Source: Alphaproteobacteria bacterium
Lineage (GTDB): Bacteria > Pseudomonadota > Alphaproteobacteria > UBA6615
Length of the DNA stretch: 64,000 nt
Reading direction: 5' to 3'
NCBI GenBank assembly: GCA_965261585.1
Contig: CBDHDN010000041.1
Location: forward strand, 1,669-65,668
The position numbers were made by a program, and so were the translations under genes. The notes under the pieces were generated by a model that searched no databases, had not been told where the DNA came from, and was given only the letters and a program-made list of their open reading frames with translations. Shown here piece after piece: positions 29,346-42,832 of this stretch (position 1 is the first letter of the stretch; every line of letters begins with the position of its first letter).

Positions 29346-30320
29346 TTAGGGCAGCAGCACCGTCGAGCCTGTCGTCTTGCGGCCCTCCAGATCGGCATGC
29401 GCCTTGGCGGCTTCCGCCAGCGGATAGGTCTGCCGCACCTCGATCTTGACCACGCCCGACTGCACGACGTCGAACAGGTCGCCCGCCGTGGCTTCGAGCT
29501 CCTCGCGCGTCGCCGTGTAGTCCATCAAGGTCGGGCGGGTCAGGTACAACGAGCCCTTGGCCGACAGAATCCCCGGCGCGAACGGCGGCACGGCGCCCGA
29601 CGCGTTGCCGAACGAAACCAGCGTGCCGCGCCGTGCCAGGCAGTCGAGCGAGCCGTCCCAGGTGTCCTTGCCGACGCTGTCATAGACGACCGGCACGCCC
29701 TTGCCGTCGGTGATCTCCTGCACCCGCTCGACGAAGTTCTCCTGGCTGTAGTTGACCGTGTGGTGACAGCCATGGGCCTTGGCCAGCGCGGCTTTCTCGG
29801 CGCTGCCGACGGTGCCGATGACCATTACGCCGAGGTGGTTGAGCCATTGGCAGGCGATCAGCCCGACGCCACCGGCCGCGGCATGCCACAGGACCGTCAT
29901 GCCGGGCTCGACCCGGAACGTCTCGCGGATCAGATAGCGCACCGTCATGCCCTGCAGCATCATGCCGGCCGCCTGCACATCGTCGATGCCGTCCGGCAGC
30001 TTCACCAGCGGTTTCGTCGGCATCACGCGCGCCTCTGCATAGGCGCCGACGGGACCTCCTGCATAGGCTACGCGGTCGCCGGCGGCGAGGCCGGCGACGC
30101 CCTCGCCCACCGCCTCGACGACACCGGCGCCTTCCAGGCCAATGCCCGACGGCAACGCGATCGGGTAGAGGCCGGTGCGGTGGTAGGTATCGATGAAGTT
30201 GAGACCCACCGCAATGTGCCGCAGGCGCACCTCGCCCGGATCCGGCGCGCCGACCTCGACGTCCGCCCAGCGCAGCACCTCCGGCCCGCCATGCTCATGA
30301 ATGCGGATTGCCTTGACCAT
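29346..30320 (-). CDS. qor: NADPH:quinone oxidoreductase (zeta-crystallin/MDR family)
   Basis: MVKAIRIHEHGGPEVL..., 'AAGGVGLIACQ', and a C-terminal '...HADLEGRKTTGSTVLLP'. Confidence 0.85.
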   Translation of the reverse strand: MVKAIRIHEHGGPEVLRWADVEVGAPDPGEVRLRHIAVGLNFIDTYHRTGLYPIALPSGIGLEGAGVVEAVGEGVAGLAAGDRVAYAGGPVGAYAEARVMPTKPLVKLPDGIDDVQAAGMMLQGMTVRYLIRETFRVEPGMTVLWHAAAGGVGLIACQWLNHLGVMVIGTVGSAEKAALAKAHGCHHTVNYSQENFVERVQEITDGKGVPVVYDSVGKDTWDGSLDCLARRGTLVSFGNASGAVPPFAPGILSAKGSLYLTRPTLMDYTATREELEATAGDLFDVVQSGVVKIEVRQTYPLAEAAKAHADLEGRKTTGSTVLLP

Positions 30321-30336
30321 GCCTGTCACTCCCGTC

Positions 30337-31032
30337 TCAGCCGAGCTGGCTGGCAAAGAAATCGCGCGAGCGCTGGTTCGCGATATCGGCCGCGCCCTTG
30401 TCGTAGTGCTGGCCGCCGATGCGGGCGAACGCGTGGTCCATGCCCGGATAGCTGTGCAGGGCCACGTGCGGGTTCCCGTCCAACGCCGCCTTGATCTTCG
30501 CCTGGGCGTCCTTGGGGCAGAACTGATCTTCCTCGGCGACGTGCATCATGAGCGGCTTTGCGATGCGCTCCGCTTCGTCGAGCGCGGCCTCGATGGCCAC
30601 CCCGTAATAGCCGACGCTGCAGGCGGCGTCGGAACGCGTCGCCATCAGGTAGGCGAGCTTGCCCCCCAGGCAATAGCCAATCGTGCCGACCTTGCCGTTG
30701 CAACCATCGACCATGCGCAGGACGCGGAGCGAGGCCACCAGGTCGTCGACGCCCGTGGCTTCGTCGAAGCCTTGGTAGAGCTCGAAGGCGCGCGCCCATT
30801 CCTGCTCCGACTGGTCGGTCAGCTGGATGCCGGGCTCCTGCCGCCAGAACAGATCAGGGCACAGCGCGAAATAGCCCTGCCCGGCCAAGCCATCGCAGAT
30901 ATCGCGCATGACCTTGTTGACGCCGAAGATCTCCTGAATGACCAAAATGCCGGCACCGGTCCCGGCCGCCGAGCTTGCCTGATAGGCCGAAAAACTGCCG
31001 CCATCTTTCGCCTGGATGGTGATGTCAGCCAT
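30337..31032 (-). CDS. dienelactone hydrolase family protein
   Basis: 'GILVIQEIFGVN' and nucleophile motif 'GYCLGG'. About 231 aa. Confidence 0.8.
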   Translation of the reverse strand: MADITIQAKDGGSFSAYQASSAAGTGAGILVIQEIFGVNKVMRDICDGLAGQGYFALCPDLFWRQEPGIQLTDQSEQEWARAFELYQGFDEATGVDDLVASLRVLRMVDGCNGKVGTIGYCLGGKLAYLMATRSDAACSVGYYGVAIEAALDEAERIAKPLMMHVAEEDQFCPKDAQAKIKAALDGNPHVALHSYPGMDHAFARIGGQHYDKGAADIANQRSRDFFASQLG

Positions 31033-31144
31033 CGTGTTCGTTCCCTCCCGAACCCGTACCGCGGGCATTGGGCCGTGCTTTCTGTGATGGTACGCGTATC
31101 CGCCGCGGCCGCCGCGGGCCGGTCGCCAGTGACCGGCCGCCAGC

Positions 31145-31609
31145 CTAGAGGGGAAGCATGACGCCTTCAAGGCCGAGCAGGTAGCGCTTGGTGGCCGGGC
31201 CGTCACCGCCGGAATAGCCGCCGAGACGACCGTCGCCGGCGACGACCCGGTGGCATGGCACGATGATCGGAATCGGATTGGTGCCGCACGCGTTGCCAAT
31301 GGCCCGCGGGCTCGACCCCACGGTCGCGGCGAGCCCGCCATAACTCGCCGTCTCGCCAGCCGGAATGTCGATCATGGCCTGCCAGACACGCTGCTGGAAT
31401 TCGGTGCCCGCCGGCGCGAGTGGCAGATCGAAGACGGTCGCGAGGCCTGCGAAATAGAGTTCGAGCTGGTCGCGCGCCGCCGTGAGAAGCGGCGTGCGTC
31501 TTGCGTCTGCGACAGCGGCGGCCGCGGCCCACGCGACGGCAACGATTTGGCCGTCGTGGTCCGACAGGACCAGCGGCCCGACCGGGCTCTCCATTGCGAT
31601 CTGCGGCAT
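31145..31609 (-). CDS. ogt: methylated-DNA--protein-cysteine methyltransferase
   Basis: 'IPIIVPCHRVV' active site and 'FQQRVWQAMIDIPAGETASYG'. The start at 31609 abuts the upstream stop. Confidence 0.85.
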   Translation of the reverse strand: MPQIAMESPVGPLVLSDHDGQIVAVAWAAAAAVADARRTPLLTAARDQLELYFAGLATVFDLPLAPAGTEFQQRVWQAMIDIPAGETASYGGLAATVGSSPRAIGNACGTNPIPIIVPCHRVVAGDGRLGGYSGGDGPATKRYLLGLEGVMLPL

Positions 31610-31611
31610 GG

Positions 31612-33636
31612 TCAGCGTGCCCGCAAGGCGGCGGCCAGCGCCGTCGGCTCGGTGACCGGTGCGGAGCACACTGGCCCGCGGCACAGATAAGCGGTTGCCT
31701 GCCCATCGACCTGGCCCTTGCCGGCCGCCGGGTGGCCCTGGGGCAAGACCTCGGCCGGCGCGACGACCAAGAGCGCACGCACCGGCAGGGTGGCCGCGTT
31801 GATCGTCGCCAACAGGGCCTTCGTGTCGGCGGTGGCGCGGCCACCGACAACGACGATCTGGAAGGCATCCTGCAGCAACGCGGCGCCGACGAGCAACGTG
31901 GCGAATGGCAGCGGATGTCGCTGGACCTCGCCGGCGAAGGCGGTGGCGATTGCCTCGGCGCGAGCGCGGTAGCGATCTTCGCCGGTGAGCAGGTAGAGGC
32001 GCGCCAGCACCTCGACCAGTGTGCCGTTGCCCGCCGGCACCGCATTGTCCGCGGCACTCTTGGTCCGTGTGATCAGATCCCGCGCATCGTCGGCCGTGAA
32101 GAAATAGCCGCCGTGGGTATCGTCCCAGTAGTGACGGTCGAGCGTTGCAACCCAGGCCTCGCCCTGCCGCACCAGCGCCCCGTCCCCCGTCGCCTCGTGC
32201 AGGTCGAGCGCGGCGCGGGCCATGTTGGCGTAGTCATCGAGCGTGCCCGCGTTCTTGAGCAGGCCGGCTCGCCAGACATGCATCAGCCGGCCGTCGGTCT
32301 GCATGGCCTCGACGACGAAGGCGTAGGCGCGCCGGGCCACCGTCAGCCACGCTGGCCGGTCGAACGCCTGGCTCGCCCGCGCCAGGGCGGCGATCATCTG
32401 GCCGTTCCAGTCGGCCAGCACCTTATCGTCCAGGCCCGGCGGCACGCGCCGCTCGCGCGCTTGCAGCAGGGTCCCGCGTGACCGCGCTAACCCGGCCTCC
32501 GCGGCTGAGTCGCCAAACGCCGGCGCGTGGCTGCGGTTGAGGATCGTCGTGCCTTCCCAGTTGCCGCCGTCACGCACGTCGTAGGCCGCCTTGAACGCCG
32601 CCGCATCGGCGCCGAGCAACGCGTCGATCTCCTGCGGCGTCCAGACGTAGTACTTGCCCTCGACGCCCTCGCTGTCGGCATCGAGGGTTGCCGAGAAGGC
32701 GCCGCTATCGGCGTTGACCATGTCGCGCAATACCCAGTCGACCGTTTCGGCAACACGCTGCGCGTGGAGCGCGCCCGCCGTCTCCTGCCAGGCCAGGGTG
32801 TAGAGCTCGACCAGCTGCGCGTTGTCGTAGAGCATCTTCTCGAAGTGCGGCACCAGCCACAATTCGTCGACCGAGTAACGAGCAAAGCCGCCGCCGAGGT
32901 GGTCGTAGATGCCGCCTTGCGCCATCTTGTCGAGCGACAGCACCACGGCGTCGTGCGCCGCCGCCGCCGCCCCGGTCTGGGTGTGGGCCAGCCACAGCAG
33001 CCTGAGCAGCGACGGTTGCGGAAACTTCGGGGCCCCGCGCAGGCCGCCATGCTCCGGATCGAAGTTGCCGGCAAGTTTCTCGGCGATCGCGCCGATTTCG
33101 GCGAGTGTTGCAATGCCGGCCTGCTGTGGTCGCGACAGCCGCGTCAATGCGTCACGCAAAGCGCTCACGTTCTGGGTGATCTTGTCCGACTCGCTGCGAT
33201 AGATCCGGGCAACCTGGCGCAGCACGTCGGGGAAGCCCGCGCGGCCGAACCGCGCCGCCGGCGGGAAGTAGGTGCCGCCCCAGAACGGCTCGCCGGCCGG
33301 CGTGCAGAACATCGTCAGCGGCCAGCCGCCATGCTCGCCCATCAGCGCCAGCGCGGACTGATAGATCGCATCCAAATCCGGGCGCTCTTCGCGATCCACC
33401 TTGATGTTGACGAACAGCTCGTTCATCAGCGCGGCGATGGCCGCGTCCTCGAAACTCTCGTGCGCCATGACGTGGCACCAGTGACAGGCGGCATAGCCGA
33501 TCGACAGCATGATCGGCTTGTCCTGTCCCAGGGCCTGTGCCAACGCCGCCTCCCCCCAGGGCAGCCATGCGACGGGATTGCCGGCGTGTTGCAGCAAATA
33601 GGGGCTCGTCTCCTTGCCCAGTTGGTTGGCCCCCAT
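31612..33636 (-). CDS. thioredoxin-domain (DUF255/YyaL-like) protein
   Basis: '[22 protein letters not shown]', '[17 protein letters not shown]' and a C-terminal alpha/alpha-toroid-like region. Confidence 0.85.
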   Translation of the reverse strand: MGANQLGKETSPYLLQHAGNPVAWLPWGEAALAQALGQDKPIMLSIGYAACHWCHVMAHESFEDAAIAALMNELFVNIKVDREERPDLDAIYQSALALMGEHGGWPLTMFCTPAGEPFWGGTYFPPAARFGRAGFPDVLRQVARIYRSESDKITQNVSALRDALTRLSRPQQAGIATLAEIGAIAEKLAGNFDPEHGGLRGAPKFPQPSLLRLLWLAHTQTGAAAAAHDAVVLSLDKMAQGGIYDHLGGGFARYSVDELWLVPHFEKMLYDNAQLVELYTLAWQETAGALHAQRVAETVDWVLRDMVNADSGAFSATLDADSEGVEGKYYVWTPQEIDALLGADAAAFKAAYDVRDGGNWEGTTILNRSHAPAFGDSAAEAGLARSRGTLLQARERRVPPGLDDKVLADWNGQMIAALARASQAFDRPAWLTVARRAYAFVVEAMQTDGRLMHVWRAGLLKNAGTLDDYANMARAALDLHEATGDGALVRQGEAWVATLDRHYWDDTHGGYFFTADDARDLITRTKSAADNAVPAGNGTLVEVLARLYLLTGEDRYRARAEAIATAFAGEVQRHPLPFATLLVGAALLQDAFQIVVVGGRATADTKALLATINAATLPVRALLVVAPAEVLPQGHPAAGKGQVDGQATAYLCRGPVCSAPVTEPTALAAALRAR

Positions 33637-33737
33637 CGCGTCGTCCCTATTGCGTGATTGCACCGGGCCAGCCACTGACCTAAGTCTTGACCGACGAGGG
33701 TGCCAATGTAGGTTGGCCTCGCGGCGAGGGAAAGCGG

Positions 33738-34004
33738 ATGAAAGTTTCCATCGACATCGACTGCACACCCGACGAGGCGCGCGCGTTCTTCGGACTGCCC
33801 GAGCTGAAGCCGATGCAGGATGCACTGATGGCGCAACTTCAGGAGCGCCTGCGGCAGGGGCTCGACGCGGGCGACCTCGAGACCCTGTTGAAGACCTGGC
33901 TGCCCGCCGGGGTCAAGGATTGGGGCAATATGCAGAAGACGTTTTGGGCACAGTTCACCGGTGCGACCGGCAAACCGGAAGCCGGGAGCGAGGAGGACAC
34001 GTAG
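33738..34004 (+). CDS. small conserved hypothetical protein (DUF6489-like)
   Basis: ATG at 33738 after GAGGGAAAG. '[31 protein letters not shown]...'. Confidence 0.55.
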   Translation: MKVSIDIDCTPDEARAFFGLPELKPMQDALMAQLQERLRQGLDAGDLETLLKTWLPAGVKDWGNMQKTFWAQFTGATGKPEAGSEEDT

Positions 34005-34114
34005 CCGCCGGTCGTTTCGGGGCTGCGACGATCGTTTCGATGGCGTTCCAGCGGCCACACGATCCGATTCGGTTACGAAACGAGATCCCACCCGGTCGAT
34101 TCGCATACGCAACG

Positions 34115-35434
34115 ATGTCCGACAGTATCTATGCCCTGGCCAGCGGTCGTGGTGCCGCCGGGATCGCGGTCATCCGCGTCTCCGGCCCGGCGGCAGGACC
34201 GGCCCTGAGCGCGCTCGCCGGCACCCGGCCGACGCCGCGGCGTGCCACGCTGGCGCGGCTGCGTTCGCCCGACGGCGGCGGCGCCCTGGACACCGGGCTG
34301 GTGCTTTGGTTCCCGGCGCCGGCCAGCGCCACCGGCGAGGACGTGGCCGAGTTCCACGTGCATGGCGGCCGCGCCGTCATCGACGGCGTCCTGTCCGCGC
34401 TGGCGGTGCGTCCCGACCTGCGCCTTGCCGAGCCCGGCGAGTTCACCCGCCGCGCTTTCGAGAACGATAAGCTCGACCTGACGGCCGCCGAGGGCGTGGC
34501 CGACCTCGTGGCGGCCCAGACGGAGGCCCAGCGGCACCAGGCGCTGCGCCAACTCGATGGCGAGCTTGGCCGGCTCTACGAGAGCTGGCGATCGCGCTTG
34601 CTGCACCTGTTGGCTCATGCCGAGGCCTACATCGATTTCCCCGACGAGGATCTGCCCGCCGCCGCGGCGCCGTTGGACTTGCGCGGGCTGAGCGACGAGA
34701 TGCGCCGTCATCTCAACGACCGGCACCGCGGCGAGCGTTTGCGCGACGGCCTGCAGGTGGCGATCGTCGGTGCGCCGAACGTCGGCAAGTCCAGCCTGAT
34801 GAACCGGCTGGCGCGGCGTGATGTGGCAATCGTCTCGGCGACCGCCGGAACGACGCGCGACGTGATCGAAGTCCAGCTGGACTTGGGCGGCTATCCCGTC
34901 GTCATCGCCGACACGGCCGGTCTGCGCGAAGCCTCCGGCGACGTCGAAAGCGAAGGCGTCCGCCGCGCCTTCGCCCGCGCCGGGGCCGCCGACCTGCGCC
35001 TCGCCGTGTTCGACGCAACGCGGTGGCCCGAGACCGATCCGGCGACCACCGCGCTGGTCGATGCCGATACGCTGGTCGTTCTGAACAAGTGTGATCTGAC
35101 GCCGCCACCGCCGGAGCCGCGGCTGAACGGTGCCCACGCCACGGCATTGTCGGCGCAAACCGGGGCCGGCGTGGACACGCTGCTGTCGGCGCTCGCGCGC
35201 GAGGCCGCCACGCGGCTCGAACTCGTGGGTGTACCGAGCTTGACCCGAACCCGTCATCGCGAAGCTTTGACGGACAGCCTGGCGGCGCTCGATCGGAGCG
35301 GCGCCGCCACGTTGCCGGAGCTCGCCGTCGAGGATCTGCGGCTGGCCGTGCGGGCGCTGGGGCGGATCACCGGCCGGGTCGACGTCGAAGACCTGCTCGA
35401 CGTTATTTTTCGCGACTTTTGCATCGGCAAGTAG
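34115..35434 (+). CDS. mnmE: tRNA modification GTPase MnmE
   Basis: 'IYALASGRGAAGIAVIRVSG', G1 'GAPNVGKSSL', 'DTAGLR' and a C-terminal 'FCIGK'. Confidence 0.92.
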   Translation: MSDSIYALASGRGAAGIAVIRVSGPAAGPALSALAGTRPTPRRATLARLRSPDGGGALDTGLVLWFPAPASATGEDVAEFHVHGGRAVIDGVLSALAVRPDLRLAEPGEFTRRAFENDKLDLTAAEGVADLVAAQTEAQRHQALRQLDGELGRLYESWRSRLLHLLAHAEAYIDFPDEDLPAAAAPLDLRGLSDEMRRHLNDRHRGERLRDGLQVAIVGAPNVGKSSLMNRLARRDVAIVSATAGTTRDVIEVQLDLGGYPVVIADTAGLREASGDVESEGVRRAFARAGAADLRLAVFDATRWPETDPATTALVDADTLVVLNKCDLTPPPPEPRLNGAHATALSAQTGAGVDTLLSALAREAATRLELVGVPSLTRTRHREALTDSLAALDRSGAATLPELAVEDLRLAVRALGRITGRVDVEDLLDVIFRDFCIGK

Positions 35435-35473
35435 CCGCGGGCGCCCGCGGTTGATGGGACGGACTGCGTAGCC

Positions 35474-37356
<1,883 letters not shown>

Positions 37357-37360
<4 letters not shown>

Positions 37361-38016
37361 TTCACGTGAAACAAAGCGTCAATCCTGCGCCGACGGGGCC
37401 GGTACCGATGACGCCCGACGGGTTCAGGTCCGCCACCGGCGTTTCACGTGAAACCCTCGCCCGACTTGAAGCCTACGCCGACCTGCTCCGCCGCTGGCAG
37501 CGTGCCGTCAATCTCGTCGGGACCAGTACCCTGCCCGATCTGTGGCGCCGCCACATGTTCGATTCGGCTCAGCTGCATGACCACCTGCCGGCGGCTGCGA
37601 AGACGCTGATCGACATCGGCACTGGTGCGGGCTTCCCGGGAATGGTTCTGGCTATCATGGGCGGCCCGCGGGTACACCTCGTCGAATCCGACCAACGCAA
37701 AGCGGCCTTCCTGCGGGAAGCGGCCCGCGTGACCGGCGCTGCTGTTGACGTTCACGCCCTGCGGATCGAGGCCATGGCAAGCCTCGGCGCCGATGTTGTA
37801 ACGGCCCGCGCGGTGGCGCCGCTGTCGGTCCTGATCGGGCATGCCGCCGGGCAGATCGGGCCGGATGGGATCTGTCTCTTTTTGAAAGGCCGACAGGTCG
37901 ATCAGGAATTGACCGACTCAGCAAAAATCTGGCATATGCACGTCGATCGCCTGCCGAGTCTCTCGGATCCTTCCGGCACGATCCTGCGGATAGGAGCCAT
38001 CACCAGTGTCAGATAG
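37357..38016 (+). CDS. rsmG: 16S rRNA (guanine527-N7)-methyltransferase RsmG
   Basis: '[13 protein letters not shown]', '[16 protein letters not shown]' and '[12 protein letters not shown]'. GTG at 37357 overlaps the mnmG stop. An alternative start is at 37408. Confidence 0.88.
37358..37373. promoter_or_regulatory. parS centromere-like site 1
   Basis: TGATTCACGTGAAACA matches the TGTTTCACGTGAAACA consensus at 15/16. Confidence 0.75.
37440..37455. promoter_or_regulatory. parS centromere-like site 2
   Basis: CGTTTCACGTGAAACC. The 14-bp palindromic core GTTTCACGTGAAAC is perfect. Confidence 0.75.
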
Positions 38017-38848
38017 CCGGGACCCCGGATCGGTGCTCGCGCGGGCTCCATCGGCCAAGACGCGGCTGATCGCGGTAGCGAACCAGAAGGGCGGCGTCGG
38101 TAAGACGACCACCGCGATCAATCTGGCGACAGCGCTGGCGGCGTGCGACGAGCGGGTCCTGATCGTCGACCTCGATCCCCAGGGCAACGCAAGCACGGGC
38201 TTCGGCATCGATCGGTCGGCGCGCCACGCCGGCTCCTATCAGGTGCTGATCGACGGCATTCCCCTCGCCGGCGCCGTCATCCCGACCCTCGTTCCAGGCT
38301 TGTCCATCGTTCCCGCGTCGGTAGAACTCGTCGGCGCGGAGCTGGAGCTCGTCGACGCCGTTCGGCGTGAGTACCGGCTGCGCGACGGTTTGTGTGGCCA
38401 GGTCGACACGTTCGACTACGTGCTCATCGACTGCCCACCGGCGCTCGGACTGCTGACCCTGAATGCCCTGGTCGCGGCCGAAACCGTCCTGGTCCCGCTG
38501 CAATGCGAGTTTTTCGCGCTCGAGGGCCTGAGCCACCTCATGCGCACCATCGACCGCGTCGGGACCGGTCTGAACGCCGGCCTGGCCATTGAGGGGCTGG
38601 TCCTCACGATGTATGACCGGCGTAACAAACTGTGCCGCATCGTCGAGCAGGATGTTCGAGACTATTTTGGCGATAAGGTCTATCGGACCGTCATCCCACG
38701 CAACGTGCGCGTCTCCGAGGCGCCGTCCCATGGCAAACCGGTACTGCTCTATGACATGGCGTGCCAGGGCGCGCAGGCTTACATCCGGCTGGCGGCAGAG
38801 GTGTTGCGCCGTAACCGCCAGCCCACACCGGCGTTGGCTGCAGAATGA
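38006..38848 (+). CDS. parA: chromosome partitioning ATPase ParA
   Basis: 'IAVANQKGGVGKTTTAINL' deviant Walker A and 'IVDLDPQGNAS'. Confidence 0.93.
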   Translation: MSDSRDPGSVLARAPSAKTRLIAVANQKGGVGKTTTAINLATALAACDERVLIVDLDPQGNASTGFGIDRSARHAGSYQVLIDGIPLAGAVIPTLVPGLSIVPASVELVGAELELVDAVRREYRLRDGLCGQVDTFDYVLIDCPPALGLLTLNALVAAETVLVPLQCEFFALEGLSHLMRTIDRVGTGLNAGLAIEGLVLTMYDRRNKLCRIVEQDVRDYFGDKVYRTVIPRNVRVSEAPSHGKPVLLYDMACQGAQAYIRLAAEVLRRNRQPTPALAAE

Positions 38849-39843
38849 CCGAAGATTCGAAGGATCGGCTCGGCCGTGGGTTATCGGCCCTGCTCGGCGA
38901 CGACGCCGAAGACTACATGGAGCTCGACGAGGCGCGGGCCTACAGGTCGGTACCGGTCGAGCATCTGACGCCCGGGCGCTATCAGCCGCGGCAGCGCTTT
39001 GACGAAGCGGACATGGACGCCCTTGTCGGGTCGATCCGGGAAAAGGGCATATTACAACCTATAGTTGTGCGACGACGTGCTGACGCGGTCGATCGGTATG
39101 AGATTGTCGCTGGTGAGCGGCGCTGGCGCGCCGCGCAGCAGGTGAGTCTGCACGAAGTCCCGATCATTATCCGAGACCTGACGGACTGCGACGCGTTGGA
39201 GATCGCGCTCGTTGAGAACCTGCAGCGGGAGAGCCTGACCGCTGTCGAGGAGGCGACGGCCTATCAGCGTTTGATGGAGGAGTTCTCGCACACCCAGGAA
39301 GCCCTGGCCAAGGCCGTCGGCAAGAGTCGCAGTCACATCGCCAACACCCTGCGCCTGCTGAACCTGCCGGGCACGGTCATGGCGATGCTGGACGCCGGCC
39401 AACTGTCGGCCGGCCACGCCCGGGCGCTGATCAACGCCGAAGATCCCGTTGCGCTGGCGGAACAAATCGTCGCCAAGGGCCTCAACGTTCGCCAGGCCGA
39501 GGCACTGGCGCAAAGCGCCAAGCCGAATACGGCGCGACGGAAGCGGAACGAACCCAAGGACAGCGACACGCTTGCTCTCGAGCGCGATCTGTCGAACCTG
39601 CTGGGCCTCAAGGTCTCTATCAAATTTTGCAATGGCGGCGGTTCCCTGACGATCGCCTACCAGACCCTCGAGCAGCTCGACGATGTGCTGCAGCGCCTCA
39701 ACCAAGGCGGCCCGGTCAACCGCGACGATGACGATAGCGATGACGCGGCGGATGCCGATTATTCCGAGCGCGAAACGTTCTCGCCGATTGGCGAAACCGG
39801 GTCGGTCGACATTCCAGCGGTTCCCCTGGAGAGAGAGTCCTAA
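38845..39843 (+). CDS. parB: chromosome partitioning protein ParB
   Basis: ATGA overlap with parA. 'GLSALLGDD', 'GILQPIVVRR', 'IVAGERRWRAA' and an HTH 'TQEALAKAVGKSRSHIANTLRLL'. Confidence 0.93.
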   Translation: MTEDSKDRLGRGLSALLGDDAEDYMELDEARAYRSVPVEHLTPGRYQPRQRFDEADMDALVGSIREKGILQPIVVRRRADAVDRYEIVAGERRWRAAQQVSLHEVPIIIRDLTDCDALEIALVENLQRESLTAVEEATAYQRLMEEFSHTQEALAKAVGKSRSHIANTLRLLNLPGTVMAMLDAGQLSAGHARALINAEDPVALAEQIVAKGLNVRQAEALAQSAKPNTARRKRNEPKDSDTLALERDLSNLLGLKVSIKFCNGGGSLTIAYQTLEQLDDVLQRLNQGGPVNRDDDDSDDAADADYSERETFSPIGETGSVDIPAVPLERES

Positions 39844-40194
39844 CTGACTGGGTCAGGTGCTCATTGGGTGGTGCTGGGAGTGGCGATGCCGATTACAGGG
39901 CCACTCCGTTCAATCGTAGCTGACCCGGCGAACCAGCAGGTCTGACCCCAAGCAGACTCGAGCCGCCTTCCGTTCATACTGCACGTCAGTAGCGGCAGCA
40001 TCCGCCACTCTGAATCATCCCATCAGAAATAGCCGAGCCCGCCGTTCCCATAAACCGTGCTGGGACGGATACTACAACTGGCGCGAAATGCGAGAGACGG
40101 CGCGGGTGGTGGCCCCCGTTGCAATGTTGATGCGACGACCGAGAAGCTGGGAACGAGTCTATTGAACCGAACAGAACGACGCGCGGCCGCAAGA

Positions 40195-42553
40195 ATGCGA
40201 GAACGGGGCGCCGGTGAGACCCGTAGGTCGGCACCGGCGGATACCAAGCTTGAAGCGGCGATATTACACCACCAGGCCGGACGGCTGGCCGAAGCCAAGC
40301 GGCTGTATTCGGATATTCTTTCCCGAGACCCCAAGCACGTGGTGGCCCTGCACCTGCTCGGCGTCATCGCGTACCAACAGGGGGGCACGCGTCAGGCGAT
40401 CGAGCTGATCGGCAAGGCGATTGCCTGGCGGCCCGACTACGCCGAGGCGCACAACAACCTGGGCAATGCGCTTGCGGACCAAGGCAAGCTGAATGAGGCG
40501 GCGGCCGCCTACCGCAAGGCCCTGGAACTGAAGCCCGACTACGCCGAGGCGCACTACAACCTAGGCAATGCGCTCACGGGCCTTGGCAAGCTGGACGAGG
40601 CAGCGGCCGCTTACCGCAAGGCCCTGGAGCTAAAACCCGACTACGTCGAGGCGCATAACAACCTGGGCAATGTGCTCACGAACCAAGGGAAGCCGGATGA
40701 GGCGGTGGCCGCTCACCGCAAGGCCCTGGAGCTGAAGCCCGACGCCGAGGCGCACAACAACCTGGGCAACGCGCTCACGGACCAAGGTAAGCTAGACGAG
40801 GCAGTGGCCGCTTACCGCAAGGCCCTAGAGCTGAAGCCCGACTACGCCGAGGCGCACAGCAACCTGGGCCTTGCGCTCACGGACCAAGGCAAGCTGGCCG
40901 AGGCAGTGGCCGCTTGCCGCAAGGCCCTGGAGCTGAAGCCCGACTACGCCGAGTCGTACAACAACCTGGGCAATGCGTTCAGGCTACCGCAAGGCCCTGG
41001 AGCTAAAACCCGACTACGTCGAGGCGCATAACAACCTGGGCAATGTGCTCACGAACCAAGGCAAGCCGGATGAGGCGGTGGCCGCTCACCGCAAGGGCCC
41101 TGGAGCTGAAGCCCGACGCCGAGGCGCACAACAACCTGGGCAACGCGCTCACGGACCAAGGTAAGCTAGACGAGGCAGTGGCCGCTTACCGCAAGGCCCT
41201 AGAGCTGAAGCCCGACTACGCCGAGGCGCACAACAATCTGGGCCTTGCGCTTATGAATCAAGGCAAGCTGGACGAGGCGGTGACCGCCTACCGCAAGGCC
41301 CTGGAGCTGGAGCCCGACCACGCCAACGCGCACAACAACCTCCTTCTCTGCATGAATTACGATGCGCAAACTTCACAACATGAGATCCTCGCTGGGACGA
41401 CGTTCATGCGGTGCCGCGCGCCGCGGACGAACGTTCGCATCCCGCCGACCGCAATGCCGAGCGCCGGCTGCGTGTCGGCTATGTGTCTCCCGACTTCCGC
41501 AGGCACTCGGTAAGTCACTTCCTGGACCCAGTTATCGCGGGGCATGACCGTCGTTCGTTCGAGGTGTTTTGTTACGCGGAAGTCGTGAAGCCCGATGACG
41601 AAACAGCTCGTTTTCGCAGCCTTTCGGACGGTTGGTGTTCGACAGTTGGAATGACCGACTCATTAGTCGCCGCGCGCATCCGCGAGGACGGTATCGACAT
41701 CTTGGTCGACCTTGCCGGGCACACAGGGAAAAATCGCCTGCTTGTGTTCGCGGAACGGCCGGCACCGGTGCAGGTTACGTGGCTCGGCTATCCGAACACG
41801 ACGGGGCTGTCGGCCATGGATTACCGGCTGACCGACGCGATCGCCGATCCAGAAGGCGACGCCGACGCCCTGCACACCGAAACCTTGGTGCGCCTGCCAA
41901 ACGGGTTTCTTTGCTTTGCACCGGTGGCCGACGCACCGGAAATTGGCGGAACTCCGGCTCTGACCACCGGCCGCGTCAGGTTTGGTTCGTTCAATAATCT
42001 CGCGAAGGTCACGCCGGACGTTGTGGAGACTTGGGCGCGTATTCTCCATCGTATCCCGAAGTCTGATTTGGTGATCAAGAACCGGTCGCTCGCCGACGAG
42101 GAAACTCGCGAGCGATATCTAGAGATGTTTGGTGCGCACGGCATCGACCCCGGACGGGTCGAGTCGTGCTCTTGGATCGCATCGAGGACTGGGCATCTCG
42201 GGGCGTACAACCAAGTCGACATCGGGCTCGACCCGTTCCCACACAACGGCACGACGACGACCTGCGAGGCCCTGTGGATGGGCGTGCCGGTGATCAAGCT
42301 GCGCGGTGATCGTCACTCGGGCCGCGTCGGGGCAAGTATCCTCACGCAGGTCAGCCTTGCGGGCCTCGTCGCGGAGACAACGGCCGTCTATGTCGAGCAG
42401 GCTGTGGCGCTTGCAAGCGACCTCGACCGACTTTCGGCGCTACGGAGTGACTTGCGAAGGCGGATGCAGATATCGCCGCTGTGCGATCCCGAAGGGTTCA
42501 CCCGCGATGTCGAGACCGCCTATCGCGAGATGTGGCGTCGGGTGTGCACCTGA
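40195..42553 (+). pseudogene. TPR-repeat / SPINDLY-type (GT41-like) O-GlcNAc-transferase family gene with multiple frame changes
   Basis: 34-aa TPRs ('[24 protein letters not shown]') followed by a GT41-like C-terminus ('[16 protein letters not shown]', 'WLGYPNTTGLSAMDYRLTD', 'DPFPHNGTTTTCEALWMGVPVI'). The sense moves between ORFs 40057..41031, 40973..41164, 41043..41513 and 41411..42553. Confidence 0.7.
40612..41251 (+). repeat. near-identical internal duplication within the TPR region (40612..40877 versus 40985..41251)
   Basis: About 266 bp repeated at an offset of 373-374 bp, with 3 substitutions plus one extra G (41095-41097). Confidence 0.85.
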
Positions 42554-42832
42554 AGTCGGGGGACTGTCGCGACATAGCAATTCCACTTGTCTCGGCGATT
42601 GGGCTCGATTTCTGGGACGGCACACTGGCCAAAGTCCATATGGCGATGGCTCGCCGGTCCGCTTTCGGGGCTCGCGAACGAACGAAGGCTAGCCTGGAAG
42701 ATTCACGAAAGGCACCGCCGAACTCCCAATATGCGTTATGATTCAATTGCCTAAATCGGATCAAACGCAGGAGCCCGGCGGTGACGAATTGTACCCCTGA
42801 GACGGTGCTGTTTCCAGTCCGCCGCAAGCGGC

